Below the pieces are notes generated by a model. It made no database searches and was not told where the DNA came from. It saw only the letters and a program-made list of their open reading frames with translations. From the IMG/VR virus record IMGVR_UViG_3300025646_000058, positions 1 through 52,478 of that record: 52,478 nt of DNA; one strand, written 5' to 3'. This document shows positions 1 through 10,144 of the stretch, one piece after another. Source of the DNA: a virus (Duplodnaviria > Caudoviricetes). A program made the translations under genes and the position numbers. The stretch's first letter is position 1. Every line of letters begins with the position of its first letter.

Positions 1-114
1 AGATTTTATATTTCTAATTAAATCTTCCTTAAATACAGGGTTATACGTACTATCAAAAACTTGTGCTAAACCTCTACCTTGCCCTTGCGATAAACCTAGT
101 GAATCGCCTTGCAT
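1..114 (-). CDS. Partial CDS running off the left edge (MQGDSLGLSQGQGRGLAQVF...), possibly an internal virion protein
   Basis: ATG at 114, 13 nt after the stop of 128..907, open to position 1; not in the ORF track. Confidence 0.6.
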   Translation of the reverse strand, partial: MQGDSLGLSQGQGRGLAQVFDSTYNPVFKEDLIRNIKS

Positions 115-127
115 TGAATCAAAACTA

Positions 128-907
128 CTATCCATTATTTAACCAATTAAAACCACCACTAAAAGGAGGTACAATACCACCTAAAGAAGAATAATCATCT
201 TGTGCTTCTAGCATATCAGGTAATCCACCTTGTTGAGAAGTATTAATATTATTGCTTTGATTTATGTATGGATTAGTAAAAGTAAAATTAGTATTGCTAC
301 CAGAAGTTTTGTTAGTGTTATTGTTTGGCAAGTTAAAATTAACACCTTTACCGCCCATATACCTATCATACATATCGTAATCAAGTAACATTTTAGAACT
401 ATCAGTTAATCCACCCATCACATTCTGCATACCTGCACCAATTAATCCTTCTGCCATTCTCATTTGATTTAAGAAAGGCTCAAACTCATTTAATTGGAAA
501 TTCATATCTCTCTGCCTACCCATTTCAGCTCTGTTAGCTTGTAGGTTCTGCAAATTGTTTAACCTCATATTAGCATCGGTTGAAGCTAACTGATTTAACG
601 CATCTTGTTGTTGTTGATACACATAAGGTACTCCTGCAATTCCTGCCTTTCTATCTCCTAACTGTCTTAACGCATTTTGCTCTTGGCGTTGCATTTGTTG
701 TAAATACATATTCCTAGTAGCCTCTGGCATACCTTCCAATGCTTGTGTTTTAGCTTGGGTTAAGTTTTGCTGTACCTCCTCTGGGATTTCTCTCATTGGT
801 CTTTCAGCTCTCGCTTTTCTTCTACCCTCTAAAAACTGCAAAATACCAGTACCGCTTTTTACTGCTGCTGGTATTCCTGTTACTAAGCCTAATGTTATCG
901 GATCCAT
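128..907 (-). CDS. Putative internal virion/ejection protein
   Basis: Gly/Ala-rich N-terminus and Gln-rich helical body; follows tail genes in the virion operon. Confidence 0.5.
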   Translation of the reverse strand: MDPITLGLVTGIPAAVKSGTGILQFLEGRRKARAERPMREIPEEVQQNLTQAKTQALEGMPEATRNMYLQQMQRQEQNALRQLGDRKAGIAGVPYVYQQQQDALNQLASTDANMRLNNLQNLQANRAEMGRQRDMNFQLNEFEPFLNQMRMAEGLIGAGMQNVMGGLTDSSKMLLDYDMYDRYMGGKGVNFNLPNNNTNKTSGSNTNFTFTNPYINQSNNINTSQQGGLPDMLEAQDDYSSLGGIVPPFSGGFNWLNNG

Positions 908-1159
908 TTATATCTTATTAATTGTGTAACATATTCCACTTGTCGCTAAAGATACACACACAATTTGTTGTATATCATAACTCAAAAACAAAGATAATAA
1001 AATCCCACAATATAAACCAATACATTGTGGACAACTTATCATTACCCCTAACTTAGCACTTTTTAAAGTTAGATACTCCCTAAATCCCTTTAAAATGTAA
1101 CTCTTTGTTATTATCATAGCTAATCCATAACTAGATAATATACTGATAAATATATTCAT
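908..1159 (-). CDS. Small membrane protein, DUF1360-like
   Basis: Hydrophobic helices with SCPQCIGLY, resembling the CPxCxG motif of DUF1360. Confidence 0.55.
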   Translation of the reverse strand: MNIFISILSSYGLAMIITKSYILKGFREYLTLKSAKLGVMISCPQCIGLYCGILLSLFLSYDIQQIVCVSLATSGICYTINKI

Positions 1160-4100
1160 TATCTTAAATTTCTTTCAGATGGTGCGTAGTTTAACCCTAC
1201 TTGATATACCACTTCTTTTAGTTTTGAGTTAGTAATTAACTTAACTAAGAAACTTCTATCCCTCATTGCATCACCATTGATTTTAGGAAACTCCTCATTT
1301 ACAGTATTTACATCCCTCCAAACTTGCGAATAGTAAATATGCTCCTTACCATCAAACACTAAGTTATCTATATCTTCCTCTAAGAAGTCGTAAACATCAT
1401 TAGTAGTTTCCTGCCCATTTCTAGTTTCTATAATTACATCAAATGGAGTAGTAGTATGTAATGCTATTGACTTAGCAATTTTATTTTTATCCCTTTCCGC
1501 ATTAAAAGGTATCCATAATTCTGATTGATTATTTATACCATAGAATGTTGAATGATTTTCGTTTTGGTCATGTAAAAATAAAGCACCCCTATTAAATGAA
1601 GCTAAAGTTAAACCTATTGAACATAAGTATTCAGGCGTATATGAATAATAAGTTGTCCAATGCTTTGTTGTTTCACTAAACGCTAAAGTAATTGGTTTAA
1701 TATTTATCTCTTGCTTTCTTTCGTATTTAGGTAGGATAGGACTTGTACTAATTGTGTAGACTCCTGTTTCAACATTTCGTTCAATAGTAGTTTCTGTTTC
1801 AAATCCAGAAACATTATTCAACGTTTCAGTTGTAAATAAAATATCCGTACTTTCAGGAACTAACATTGTTTCAACTGATACAGTACCGAAACTTATATTA
1901 CCCACTACTGGAGGTATAAATAATTCCCTAGTTAATTCACCAAAAGCAACTACTAATTCCTCATAAGCTGTATCAAATGAAGTAAAGATTGTAGGCACTA
2001 TTTCACTTGCTAAGTATTGCCCAAACTTATCCTCAAAAAACTCTTTCATTTTTATATCGGATAGTAAAGTAATACCATCATTACTTAACCTACATACCGC
2101 CCCACGTTTATAATCTACAAAGTATCTTTGATTACCATTGTAACAGAAACTTTCAGGGTTTAACGCTATTCCATATTCTCCTGTATAATACACAATTTTA
2201 GATAGTACCTTCTCACTAGCAGCAACAGTACCCTGTCCAAATTGGTCAAATATAACATTCTCCTCCACTAAGATACTTCCTACTTTTAATTCCTGGTAAC
2301 AATCTAATCTTTTATTAAATGAATGTAATCTTTGAATACTACCATAAACTCTATCGTATTGCTCAAAGTTAACATCAAAGAAACTATTTAAGCCATTGAT
2401 TGAAGTTTCAGGTATAAATCTATCACTATAATAAATCGTTGTAGGTCGTCTTAATTGTTTAATATCCATATTAACAATATTAGGTCGCCCTGCATCAGTT
2501 GTTATAAAACTTCTATCAACAAAATCATTAACATAATTAGACTCTACAAATTCACTTGAATAAGTAGTTTCTGTAATAGGCATATTCCTTTGGAATAAAT
2601 AAGTATCTCCCGAAGTGAATTTAACTATTGCAGGTTCAGTGTCTGTTTGGTCTTGTACGTTACCTTTGTGTAATCCATTTTCAATTAGATAAAACTCGCC
2701 TATCTCAAAAAACAAGTTATTCTCTACATCTTTTAATGGAGTATATATCTCAAATAAATCACCACCATTTGTACTCAATGAAGGTAAGTTAAATTCATTA
2801 CGTAAAGTTAAAACTCCTGTACCAATATCATAAGATAAAATCTCTAAATCAAAGCGTGTAGAAAATGGGAAACCTTCCGCACTCTTTATAAATCTTATTC
2901 TATCTCCCTTTGTAAATGTATATACTAATTCACTTCCTTTGTTTACTTCGTTATAAATGTTTACTATATTGTCTATGCTTATATTAATTGTGTAACCATC
3001 ATTACTTGATGTTACATCACCCGATAACGTTTTGTATTCAGTTGTTTTAGAAATGAATTGTATGTAGTTTGTAAAGTTTAATTTCTTAGTTCTTACCCAA
3101 GCATAATGTGTCGCCCATTCAGGTGCTTTATTATACAAGTATCCGCTTACTATTGGTACTGATGAAAATGCGTATTGTGTAGGGTCACCCAAAACACTTT
3201 GTAAACCTATCTTAACCTTATCAGTAAAGAATGGTAAATCTAAGCGTAAATCCTCAATAGTGTTTACTGCTCCACTTCTATTCGCTCTATCATAATAAAC
3301 TATACCAAACTCATAAGATGCACCACGTTTTAAAAAACTAGTACCTAAACCAAATGTAGTTACAGCTTCTATATTACCTAAATCTAATCCAATTTCTGAA
3401 TTATATATTTGTATAGCAGGATCATTGTTAATATCCAAATACATATCAACATTACCCACAATATTATCAGTAACGTTATATCGTATTTGACTATTATTTG
3501 TAAATCCATAAATTGTGCCTGTATATCTTGATTGATTTAAACTTTGTGCAAAGTTATTAAATGAATCAGCGTAAACTATAATATCAAAGTAACCGTTTGA
3601 ATCTGTAAATTGATTATCACCTCTTTCAGCTAAAACAATTAATCCTGGTACAGAACTACCATTATTATCTACTATCCTACCACTTACGTTTGATTTAACA
3701 CTATCTAAAGCAAATCTATTTTTAACTTGCGCTAATAATAATAAACCATCATTATCAGTTGAAGGTATGTTAGTAATAACAGATAAACTTTCTAAAGCTC
3801 CTTTATACATTATTAAAGGAGTTTGTAGTGAGCCTTGTTGTATCGTTAAGAATTGTGTAACATCCGTTTTAATAAAGAAAAATCCGTTATGATCCGTAAA
3901 AGTAAATTTGTTAGCGAAATATCTACTTTGCCCTGCTACATAATTTCTGTTAGCTGTATAAAAACCTTCTGGTATATCATTAGAACCTTTATAATTTATC
4001 CTACTGTAAGTAACCCTTTGTTGCCCCCTTACATCATTTGTAGTGTTATAAGTTTCAGCTTCGTTATCATGTAAATATCCAAATGAAATAGTGTTATCTA

Positions 4101-5892
4101 TGTTCAACTCTTTTCTTTGAGTAGCTAAATTAACCCTTATCTTAGGATATGTAATATCAGCAATTTCAGTTGTGCCAATTTCTTTTACCTCACCACCTTC
4201 TACTTTTACTTTACACTCACAACCATCAATACCACCTACACGCATTGTAAAGGTAGAAGTTCTTTCATACGGTCTTGTAATATCATCATACTCTTCCTTA
4301 GTTGTTAAATGGCTAGCTATCCTTAAAATATATTCCCCATCAGGAATACCTTTTAATTCAAATTCACTATAAACAGCTTGCTGCTCCATTAAGTCAACTA
4401 TCCTTTCAGTATTAACTCTGTTTACAAAAAATACATTTGTAGAACTCATTATATCTGGGGCAACCCTCCTTTGCTTACTTATAGTCTTATAGTTAGTTCC
4501 AACTAAATAAACTACAAATCCAGCTAAAGGAATAGGGTTGTAATATAGTCCATTATTCAGATATTCTTTTTCAGTATCACCATCAGTAGAGTTGTTTCTA
4601 GCTATTAAAGCATGAGCTGTACTTACACTACCGAAATAAGGCTTACCACTATTATCACCATTTAAGTATCTTATTGGTTGACATCTTTGAAACGTTATTG
4701 AGTCATAATACTTTTCACCAATAGCAGCTAAACTTAGGTTTGGTACACCTAATACTCCTGCTGGCATATTGTTTACGTTTCTTATATATATTCTACCCTT
4801 AATTGTGTTTAATTCTTCGTCAGGTAATTGTGCATCCTCAAAAGCTTCATATTGAACATCTAAATCAGCTTCTACTTCTACATTATCATAATCCTCTATA
4901 ATATCACCATACACAATTCTATTACCCTCAATTAACGCCTGCGTTCCAGCTAATAAAGGTAACTTATCAAACAATTTAAGACTATCCCTTACATCAACTA
5001 ATGAATAGTTACCATCGTTATAGAAGTTATATACAAAATCCCCATTACCACTTTGCTCAAAAAAACTAACTGGCTTATCTAAAATTGAAATAAAATCTTT
5101 ACTCTCACTATCTCTTGCTACTATCTCTACACGCTTAACTAATTTACCACCCGAAGGCACAATTACTTGTATAGCGTTATTAAACTGATTAGTAGTTTGT
5201 ATATATGAAGTGTTGCTTATAGTCTGTTTTGATATAGGACTAAATGCACTCTTCTCTCCATCATCATATATGTATCTTGCTTTAAACTGCCATAATTCAT
5301 TACGGAAGTAGTTGACATCAAATTGTGTATCCGTAAAATATTTACTTGTAGGCGGATATAATGGCGGATATTTAACTGCATCAATAATATCTAAGGTAAT
5401 AGGTAAATCATATTTATCTCCTGTTAAACCTGTATTAAATGCTCTTATTGATTTACCAATATTAAATTTTCTTGGTGGATTTAATCTATCCACAAAATAA
5501 ATTAATTGGTTATCATTATCTAAATCCAATACATTCACATGGGTAATCAAATGCTCCTTACTGAAATTCAATAAAGGCGAAATCATAACCATTATGCTTT
5601 GGTCTTGTAGCAAATTATATTGAACAATATGGTGGTCGCCATTACTGTTGTGGTTGAAATAATAAACAATATTATCCCTTTTGTATTCGTAAGCACCAAT
5701 AGTTGTATTCTCTCCTTCTGGTAATTCAATATACCTTATCTCATTACCCTTGCACAATTCAACTGCGTTCTTATTTTCTGAATCACTAGATCCAATTCTT
5801 ACATTTACAGCTTTTCGGCAATAGCCATTTTCCACATCTCTTTCGTCTGTGTCGGCATCCATACCATAAACTACTCGTCTATTCTCTACCAT
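1159..5892 (-). CDS. Tail stabilisation/nozzle protein (crAss-like, P22 gp10-like position)
   Basis: 1577 aa; GMDADTDER..AVNVRI start, YEFGIVYYDRANRS, YGIALNPESF and YFVDYKRGAVCRLSNDGITLLS motifs typical of this family. Confidence 0.75.
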   Translation of the reverse strand: MVENRRVVYGMDADTDERDVENGYCRKAVNVRIGSSDSENKNAVELCKGNEIRYIELPEGENTTIGAYEYKRDNIVYYFNHNSNGDHHIVQYNLLQDQSIMVMISPLLNFSKEHLITHVNVLDLDNDNQLIYFVDRLNPPRKFNIGKSIRAFNTGLTGDKYDLPITLDIIDAVKYPPLYPPTSKYFTDTQFDVNYFRNELWQFKARYIYDDGEKSAFSPISKQTISNTSYIQTTNQFNNAIQVIVPSGGKLVKRVEIVARDSESKDFISILDKPVSFFEQSGNGDFVYNFYNDGNYSLVDVRDSLKLFDKLPLLAGTQALIEGNRIVYGDIIEDYDNVEVEADLDVQYEAFEDAQLPDEELNTIKGRIYIRNVNNMPAGVLGVPNLSLAAIGEKYYDSITFQRCQPIRYLNGDNSGKPYFGSVSTAHALIARNNSTDGDTEKEYLNNGLYYNPIPLAGFVVYLVGTNYKTISKQRRVAPDIMSSTNVFFVNRVNTERIVDLMEQQAVYSEFELKGIPDGEYILRIASHLTTKEEYDDITRPYERTSTFTMRVGGIDGCECKVKVEGGEVKEIGTTEIADITYPKIRVNLATQRKELNIDNTISFGYLHDNEAETYNTTNDVRGQQRVTYSRINYKGSNDIPEGFYTANRNYVAGQSRYFANKFTFTDHNGFFFIKTDVTQFLTIQQGSLQTPLIMYKGALESLSVITNIPSTDNDGLLLLAQVKNRFALDSVKSNVSGRIVDNNGSSVPGLIVLAERGDNQFTDSNGYFDIIVYADSFNNFAQSLNQSRYTGTIYGFTNNSQIRYNVTDNIVGNVDMYLDINNDPAIQIYNSEIGLDLGNIEAVTTFGLGTSFLKRGASYEFGIVYYDRANRSGAVNTIEDLRLDLPFFTDKVKIGLQSVLGDPTQYAFSSVPIVSGYLYNKAPEWATHYAWVRTKKLNFTNYIQFISKTTEYKTLSGDVTSSNDGYTINISIDNIVNIYNEVNKGSELVYTFTKGDRIRFIKSAEGFPFSTRFDLEILSYDIGTGVLTLRNEFNLPSLSTNGGDLFEIYTPLKDVENNLFFEIGEFYLIENGLHKGNVQDQTDTEPAIVKFTSGDTYLFQRNMPITETTYSSEFVESNYVNDFVDRSFITTDAGRPNIVNMDIKQLRRPTTIYYSDRFIPETSINGLNSFFDVNFEQYDRVYGSIQRLHSFNKRLDCYQELKVGSILVEENVIFDQFGQGTVAASEKVLSKIVYYTGEYGIALNPESFCYNGNQRYFVDYKRGAVCRLSNDGITLLSDIKMKEFFEDKFGQYLASEIVPTIFTSFDTAYEELVVAFGELTRELFIPPVVGNISFGTVSVETMLVPESTDILFTTETLNNVSGFETETTIERNVETGVYTISTSPILPKYERKQEINIKPITLAFSETTKHWTTYYSYTPEYLCSIGLTLASFNRGALFLHDQNENHSTFYGINNQSELWIPFNAERDKNKIAKSIALHTTTPFDVIIETRNGQETTNDVYDFLEEDIDNLVFDGKEHIYYSQVWRDVNTVNEEFPKINGDAMRDRSFLVKLITNSKLKEVVYQVGLNYAPSERNLR

Positions 5893-5893
5893 A

Positions 5894-6646
5894 TTAGAAT
5901 TTTGGTGCTAATTTATTTCCTTTACGCATTGTTTGTAAAAACTCTTCCTTAGTGAAAGATTTAAACCTCGCAACACTTTTCTTTTTCTCAATGATGTAAT
6001 TTCTTCTAAACACTTCTTTTTGATTTAAAGCTACGTTTAAATTACTCTCCACCATCTTCCAGGTTATGTATGATTTAACTGTATCAATAATATATGGATG
6101 TACTGCAAATTGTCCATCAGTTCTACTTAAATCAGATAGGTACTCCATATAAATTGTGCTACCTCCTGAATATCCCTCTAATGCAATATATCCTAATTCC
6201 TCATTAATCTTGTAGTAGCCATTCATATTCTGCCCACCACCTAAACCAAACATACCTCCTGTAATCTCACCAAAATTAAAAAATGAATGGTCGTTATATT
6301 CCCAATAAATAACTTCACTAATTCCTGTATTACCTGCTGGAGATAAAATCTTACCACAACTATCTACCACCACATCTTTACCTCTTGTAAAGCTAGGGTA
6401 CAATGGTCTAATTTTACCACCTGTATCGTAAATACCTAACGTAATTAATGAAATATAATCTTTTGGTAAATCTACCGTATCATTTGAATTTACAGTTAAT
6501 AATTTTGCAACAGGCTGTCCACTTACATCTAAGTTTAAAGTTCTTAAACAACCCAACGCTAAAGATAAAGCTCTAGCGTATTTGTGTTCAGTATTACCCG
6601 ATTCAAATAACCACTCCCTTACTACACTATCTATTGTTGTATTCAT
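5894..6646 (-). CDS. Tail tubular/ring protein
   Basis: NDTVDLPKDYI and IYMEYLSD motifs; third of three ring-protein-like genes. Confidence 0.65.
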   Translation of the reverse strand: MNTTIDSVVREWLFESGNTEHKYARALSLALGCLRTLNLDVSGQPVAKLLTVNSNDTVDLPKDYISLITLGIYDTGGKIRPLYPSFTRGKDVVVDSCGKILSPAGNTGISEVIYWEYNDHSFFNFGEITGGMFGLGGGQNMNGYYKINEELGYIALEGYSGGSTIYMEYLSDLSRTDGQFAVHPYIIDTVKSYITWKMVESNLNVALNQKEVFRRNYIIEKKKSVARFKSFTKEEFLQTMRKGNKLAPKF

Positions 6647-6648
6647 AA

Positions 6649-7275
6649 TTATTTCACGTTATCAGTTAATACATCTTGTGGCGTTTGCCTCATTGTATAA
6701 TACATTTGAACTACTAATTTAATAATTTCTTCCTGCATATTCAAAGGTAAATCAATATTATCTTCTTGACTATCACTTTGTATTCCACCTACTAGCTTTA
6801 TTAATAGCTTTTCAGGTATAGCAGCAGTATCCAAATTGTGCAAGTATATCCTTGTATTTTCTATGTAATAACCTTTGTTACCCTCTAAGTTAGCTACTAA
6901 CGTTCCTCTAGTTAACGCTAAGAAATCTGTTCTTAATGGCACAAATGTATTAAACTCATCTTGTACTGGCGATACGCTATATAAACCCATACCATTAGGT
7001 AAGTTAACATAACTACTGCTTATCGGTGCGTAATGCTTACATCTTTGTTTATCATATTTTACATTCTCTACAAATGAATAAATAAACGTACCATTCACAT
7101 TGTTCTCACCATCAGCATTTCTATTCTCGTAATAAGATGCTACAATGTACTTACCAAAACATTGGTCAACATACGTTTCTAACTCCTCCTTTGTTACTTG
7201 AACATCAGAGTTTACATCGCCCCCTTGAATAATCCTTTGAGCTTGTTCCGCTATTAAAGTTCTTGTATCTCTCAT
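6649..7275 (-). CDS. Tail tubular/ring protein
   Basis: Size, synteny and C-terminal DLPLNMQEEIIKL resembling the paralogous neighbours. Confidence 0.6.
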   Translation of the reverse strand: MRDTRTLIAEQAQRIIQGGDVNSDVQVTKEELETYVDQCFGKYIVASYYENRNADGENNVNGTFIYSFVENVKYDKQRCKHYAPISSSYVNLPNGMGLYSVSPVQDEFNTFVPLRTDFLALTRGTLVANLEGNKGYYIENTRIYLHNLDTAAIPEKLLIKLVGGIQSDSQEDNIDLPLNMQEEIIKLVVQMYYTMRQTPQDVLTDNVK

Positions 7276-7985
7276 TATACGCCTTGTTGTTTAAGTGTTT
7301 CAGAATATTGTACCAATTCAGCTTCACGTAAATTCATACCTAAATATGAAGCACACATAAAAACTAATTCATTCATACAATCTTCTGGTAATTCTATATC
7401 TGTTGATTTATCAATAGAATAAACTGGTTTATTGTTTACCACATCAAATCCCCATACAGGCGTTTTAGGCTTTCTTAAATATACCAACTTAACTGTTGAT
7501 ATAGTTTTAGGAAATATCTCTATCTTATCACCTATAAATCTTGCTACCCCTAACTTACCATTCTTTATTCTTTTACCGAATAGTACAGATGATAATTGTG
7601 CAGCCAACTCCGAATCTCTTAATATGCTAAAGTTAATTAAATCACTCTTTAATTCACCCTCTTTATCTAAATCATTTCTTACGTATGAAATTGTAGATAA
7701 ATGTAAATAATCATTAGGTAATGTTATTATACCGTTATTTACCTTATACGCTTCATTTACTACAATCAAATATCGTAAGTCATCTGTAATCTTTTGGTTT
7801 TGCTCAAAGCCTACCATAGCTGAACCATCAGGCTTTTGCTGTTTAACATTGTGATAGCGTTTAGTTATCAACTCATAAACCGCCCTAGAGATACTCTTAT
7901 TGAAATCTTTAGGAGTTAAAAAACCACTCTGACTTTTATTCGATATGAATTGTAAAAACTCATATACGCTATTTACATTTATCAT
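7275..7985 (-). CDS. Tail tubular/ring (head-tail adaptor) protein
   Basis: INVNSVY..NKSQSGFLTPKDFN, LPNDYL and YLRKPKTPVWGF motifs of crAss-like/flavophage ring proteins. Confidence 0.75.
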   Translation of the reverse strand: MINVNSVYEFLQFISNKSQSGFLTPKDFNKSISRAVYELITKRYHNVKQQKPDGSAMVGFEQNQKITDDLRYLIVVNEAYKVNNGIITLPNDYLHLSTISYVRNDLDKEGELKSDLINFSILRDSELAAQLSSVLFGKRIKNGKLGVARFIGDKIEIFPKTISTVKLVYLRKPKTPVWGFDVVNNKPVYSIDKSTDIELPEDCMNELVFMCASYLGMNLREAELVQYSETLKQQGV

Positions 7986-7996
7986 ATCTTTAAGTA

Positions 7997-10144
7997 TTAA
8001 ATAGAATCAAATGCTGCTATTATATCTGCTTCTGTATATGTTGAATCAATTGGATAACATAAGTTTATTGTAAAACTAAATCCACCCCATTGTGCAGGTT
8101 CATTTGCATCAATAGCTGTTGGATAAGTTTTAGTTGAATCAGTAATACTAAACCCTCCTATTTGTTCTTTATATGAATAATAAGAAGGTACATTAGCTCC
8201 TGAATCAGCTCTAGTAATTAACTTATAAACAGGGAAATTACCTATTGCAGTTCCTACTGAATCATCTGCATCTTTTTGTGAAATAACATTTAACTTACCA
8301 TCAGTATCCAACCTTACAGAACCAAATACAGTGTTTAAAGTAATTACATGAGTATTACCTGTATCTAAAATGTTTCTTTGTGAAAATACATTTTGCCCTA
8401 AAAACATTGTTTGATTAGGAGCTAATACCGTTGGTAAAATTGAACTTTGAGAAATCATAACACCATAAGGATTTACGTTATAACCACCATCAGTTCCTGT
8501 ATAAGTTTGAACATCCACATTGTAAGGACTTTGATAATCACTAAAAGGAGTTCTTAAAGTAGTTGAAGCTCCTGTTTGTGCTAAAGGTATTAATACTCTA
8601 CCTGTAATAAAAACTATCTTACCTACAACTCTAATACTAGGATTAGTCCAACCTACTACTGGTGCAAAACCAAATGTACCATTGTGACTATTCATAACTT
8701 TCCAACCACTATCGTAATTGTTTAAAAAATCATCTGGATTAGCCCATATTCTATTACCTAATGTATCACTTGATAATATATATCCACTTACTAAAGGATT
8801 TCCTAATGAGTTTTCTTTCGTAGCTAATTGTGTAGCATCCACCAAATCTCTACCTCTACTATTCAAGATTAAAGTACCTCTCCACGCTCCTACATATTCA
8901 GCTAATATCACAGGCTTATTACCACTTGTAGGTGATGAAGAAGCTTGTAAATCAGTTAAAGGAATACCAAAGATAGTTACGTTGTTACCATCTAAAGTTA
9001 TTTGTTGGTCAATATAAATAACAAAAGTATCTCCTTCTTTTGGAGTTCCTGCTCCTTGAATTGTCCATGATGAAGTTAATGTTACTGAACTTCCTGTAAT
9101 TCTAACGTATTTCTCATCAACACCTGGAGTTAAATTTAATGTACCTCCACCTGCTGTTAATTCTACATCTTTTCTACCTAAAACTTCTTGTGGAAAATTC
9201 GCACTCCTAAACGCTTCTACTGTTAACGGAATACCTGGTGAGCGTGTTACTTCCCAAAAATCACCATCAATGAATTGTAAGTAAATTACACTATCAGTAT
9301 CTCCTGTAACAAAACTAGCACTATTCGCTAAATTAATATTTCCTAACTCATTAATAGTTACCACCCTAGAAGCATTTAAACCTCTTATGATTAATGAATC
9401 ACCATTAGAGAAACCTTCTGCAATAATATCTGTTAAGTTATCACTTGCAGCTAAACCTTCTGTATCTACCTCTATTTGAGTTAACGTACCTTTTCTATCT
9501 ACTTTAATGCTTCCATCTAAAATTGTGTAAGCACGTATATCAATAGGTGCATTGTAAGGTCGTCTTACAATAAATGATGATATATCGGTTGCACCTGATA
9601 AACTTCCGTATGGAGCAGATACACTATCATTTATCCATACTTTAATACCTGTTTGTGCATCTATAATATCCTGCGATGAAGTACCACCATCTAAATCTGT
9701 TTTAGTAAATGCTAATGTACCTGTTACAGTTGCAGCTAAAGTTGATCCATTTAATGAAGAACCAAATCCAGACTGAATAAATATGTAAACAGTTTCACCT
9801 AATACTTGTGCAGTATAGTTTGGAGTTGAACTAAATGAATTAATAGCTGTTGCAGTTGCATTAGCCAAATCACTTAATGTAGCTCCAGAAATTGGAGTAC
9901 CTGTATCAAATATGGAAACACCATTTATAGTTAAATCTGTTACAGTACCTGTACCACTTGTATAGGTAATTGTAGCTAAAGCTAAAGTTTCCCCAATTAC
10001 AGGACTTGAACATAACAACATTTTATCAGCCTGCTCTTTGCCTGCTTTATTATTTTTAAATGTTGATATAATTGTATCATTGGAATTAGTTAAGTATATT
10101 AAACCTAAACCTGTTCCATATTTTGTTGCTTTGTTAAAACTCAT
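7997..10144 (-). CDS. Virion structural protein (tail fibre/spike-like)
   Basis: 715 aa, Thr/Ser/Gly-rich beta-type sequence in the virion operon. Confidence 0.6.
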   Translation of the reverse strand: MSFNKATKYGTGLGLIYLTNSNDTIISTFKNNKAGKEQADKMLLCSSPVIGETLALATITYTSGTGTVTDLTINGVSIFDTGTPISGATLSDLANATATAINSFSSTPNYTAQVLGETVYIFIQSGFGSSLNGSTLAATVTGTLAFTKTDLDGGTSSQDIIDAQTGIKVWINDSVSAPYGSLSGATDISSFIVRRPYNAPIDIRAYTILDGSIKVDRKGTLTQIEVDTEGLAASDNLTDIIAEGFSNGDSLIIRGLNASRVVTINELGNINLANSASFVTGDTDSVIYLQFIDGDFWEVTRSPGIPLTVEAFRSANFPQEVLGRKDVELTAGGGTLNLTPGVDEKYVRITGSSVTLTSSWTIQGAGTPKEGDTFVIYIDQQITLDGNNVTIFGIPLTDLQASSSPTSGNKPVILAEYVGAWRGTLILNSRGRDLVDATQLATKENSLGNPLVSGYILSSDTLGNRIWANPDDFLNNYDSGWKVMNSHNGTFGFAPVVGWTNPSIRVVGKIVFITGRVLIPLAQTGASTTLRTPFSDYQSPYNVDVQTYTGTDGGYNVNPYGVMISQSSILPTVLAPNQTMFLGQNVFSQRNILDTGNTHVITLNTVFGSVRLDTDGKLNVISQKDADDSVGTAIGNFPVYKLITRADSGANVPSYYSYKEQIGGFSITDSTKTYPTAIDANEPAQWGGFSFTINLCYPIDSTYTEADIIAAFDSI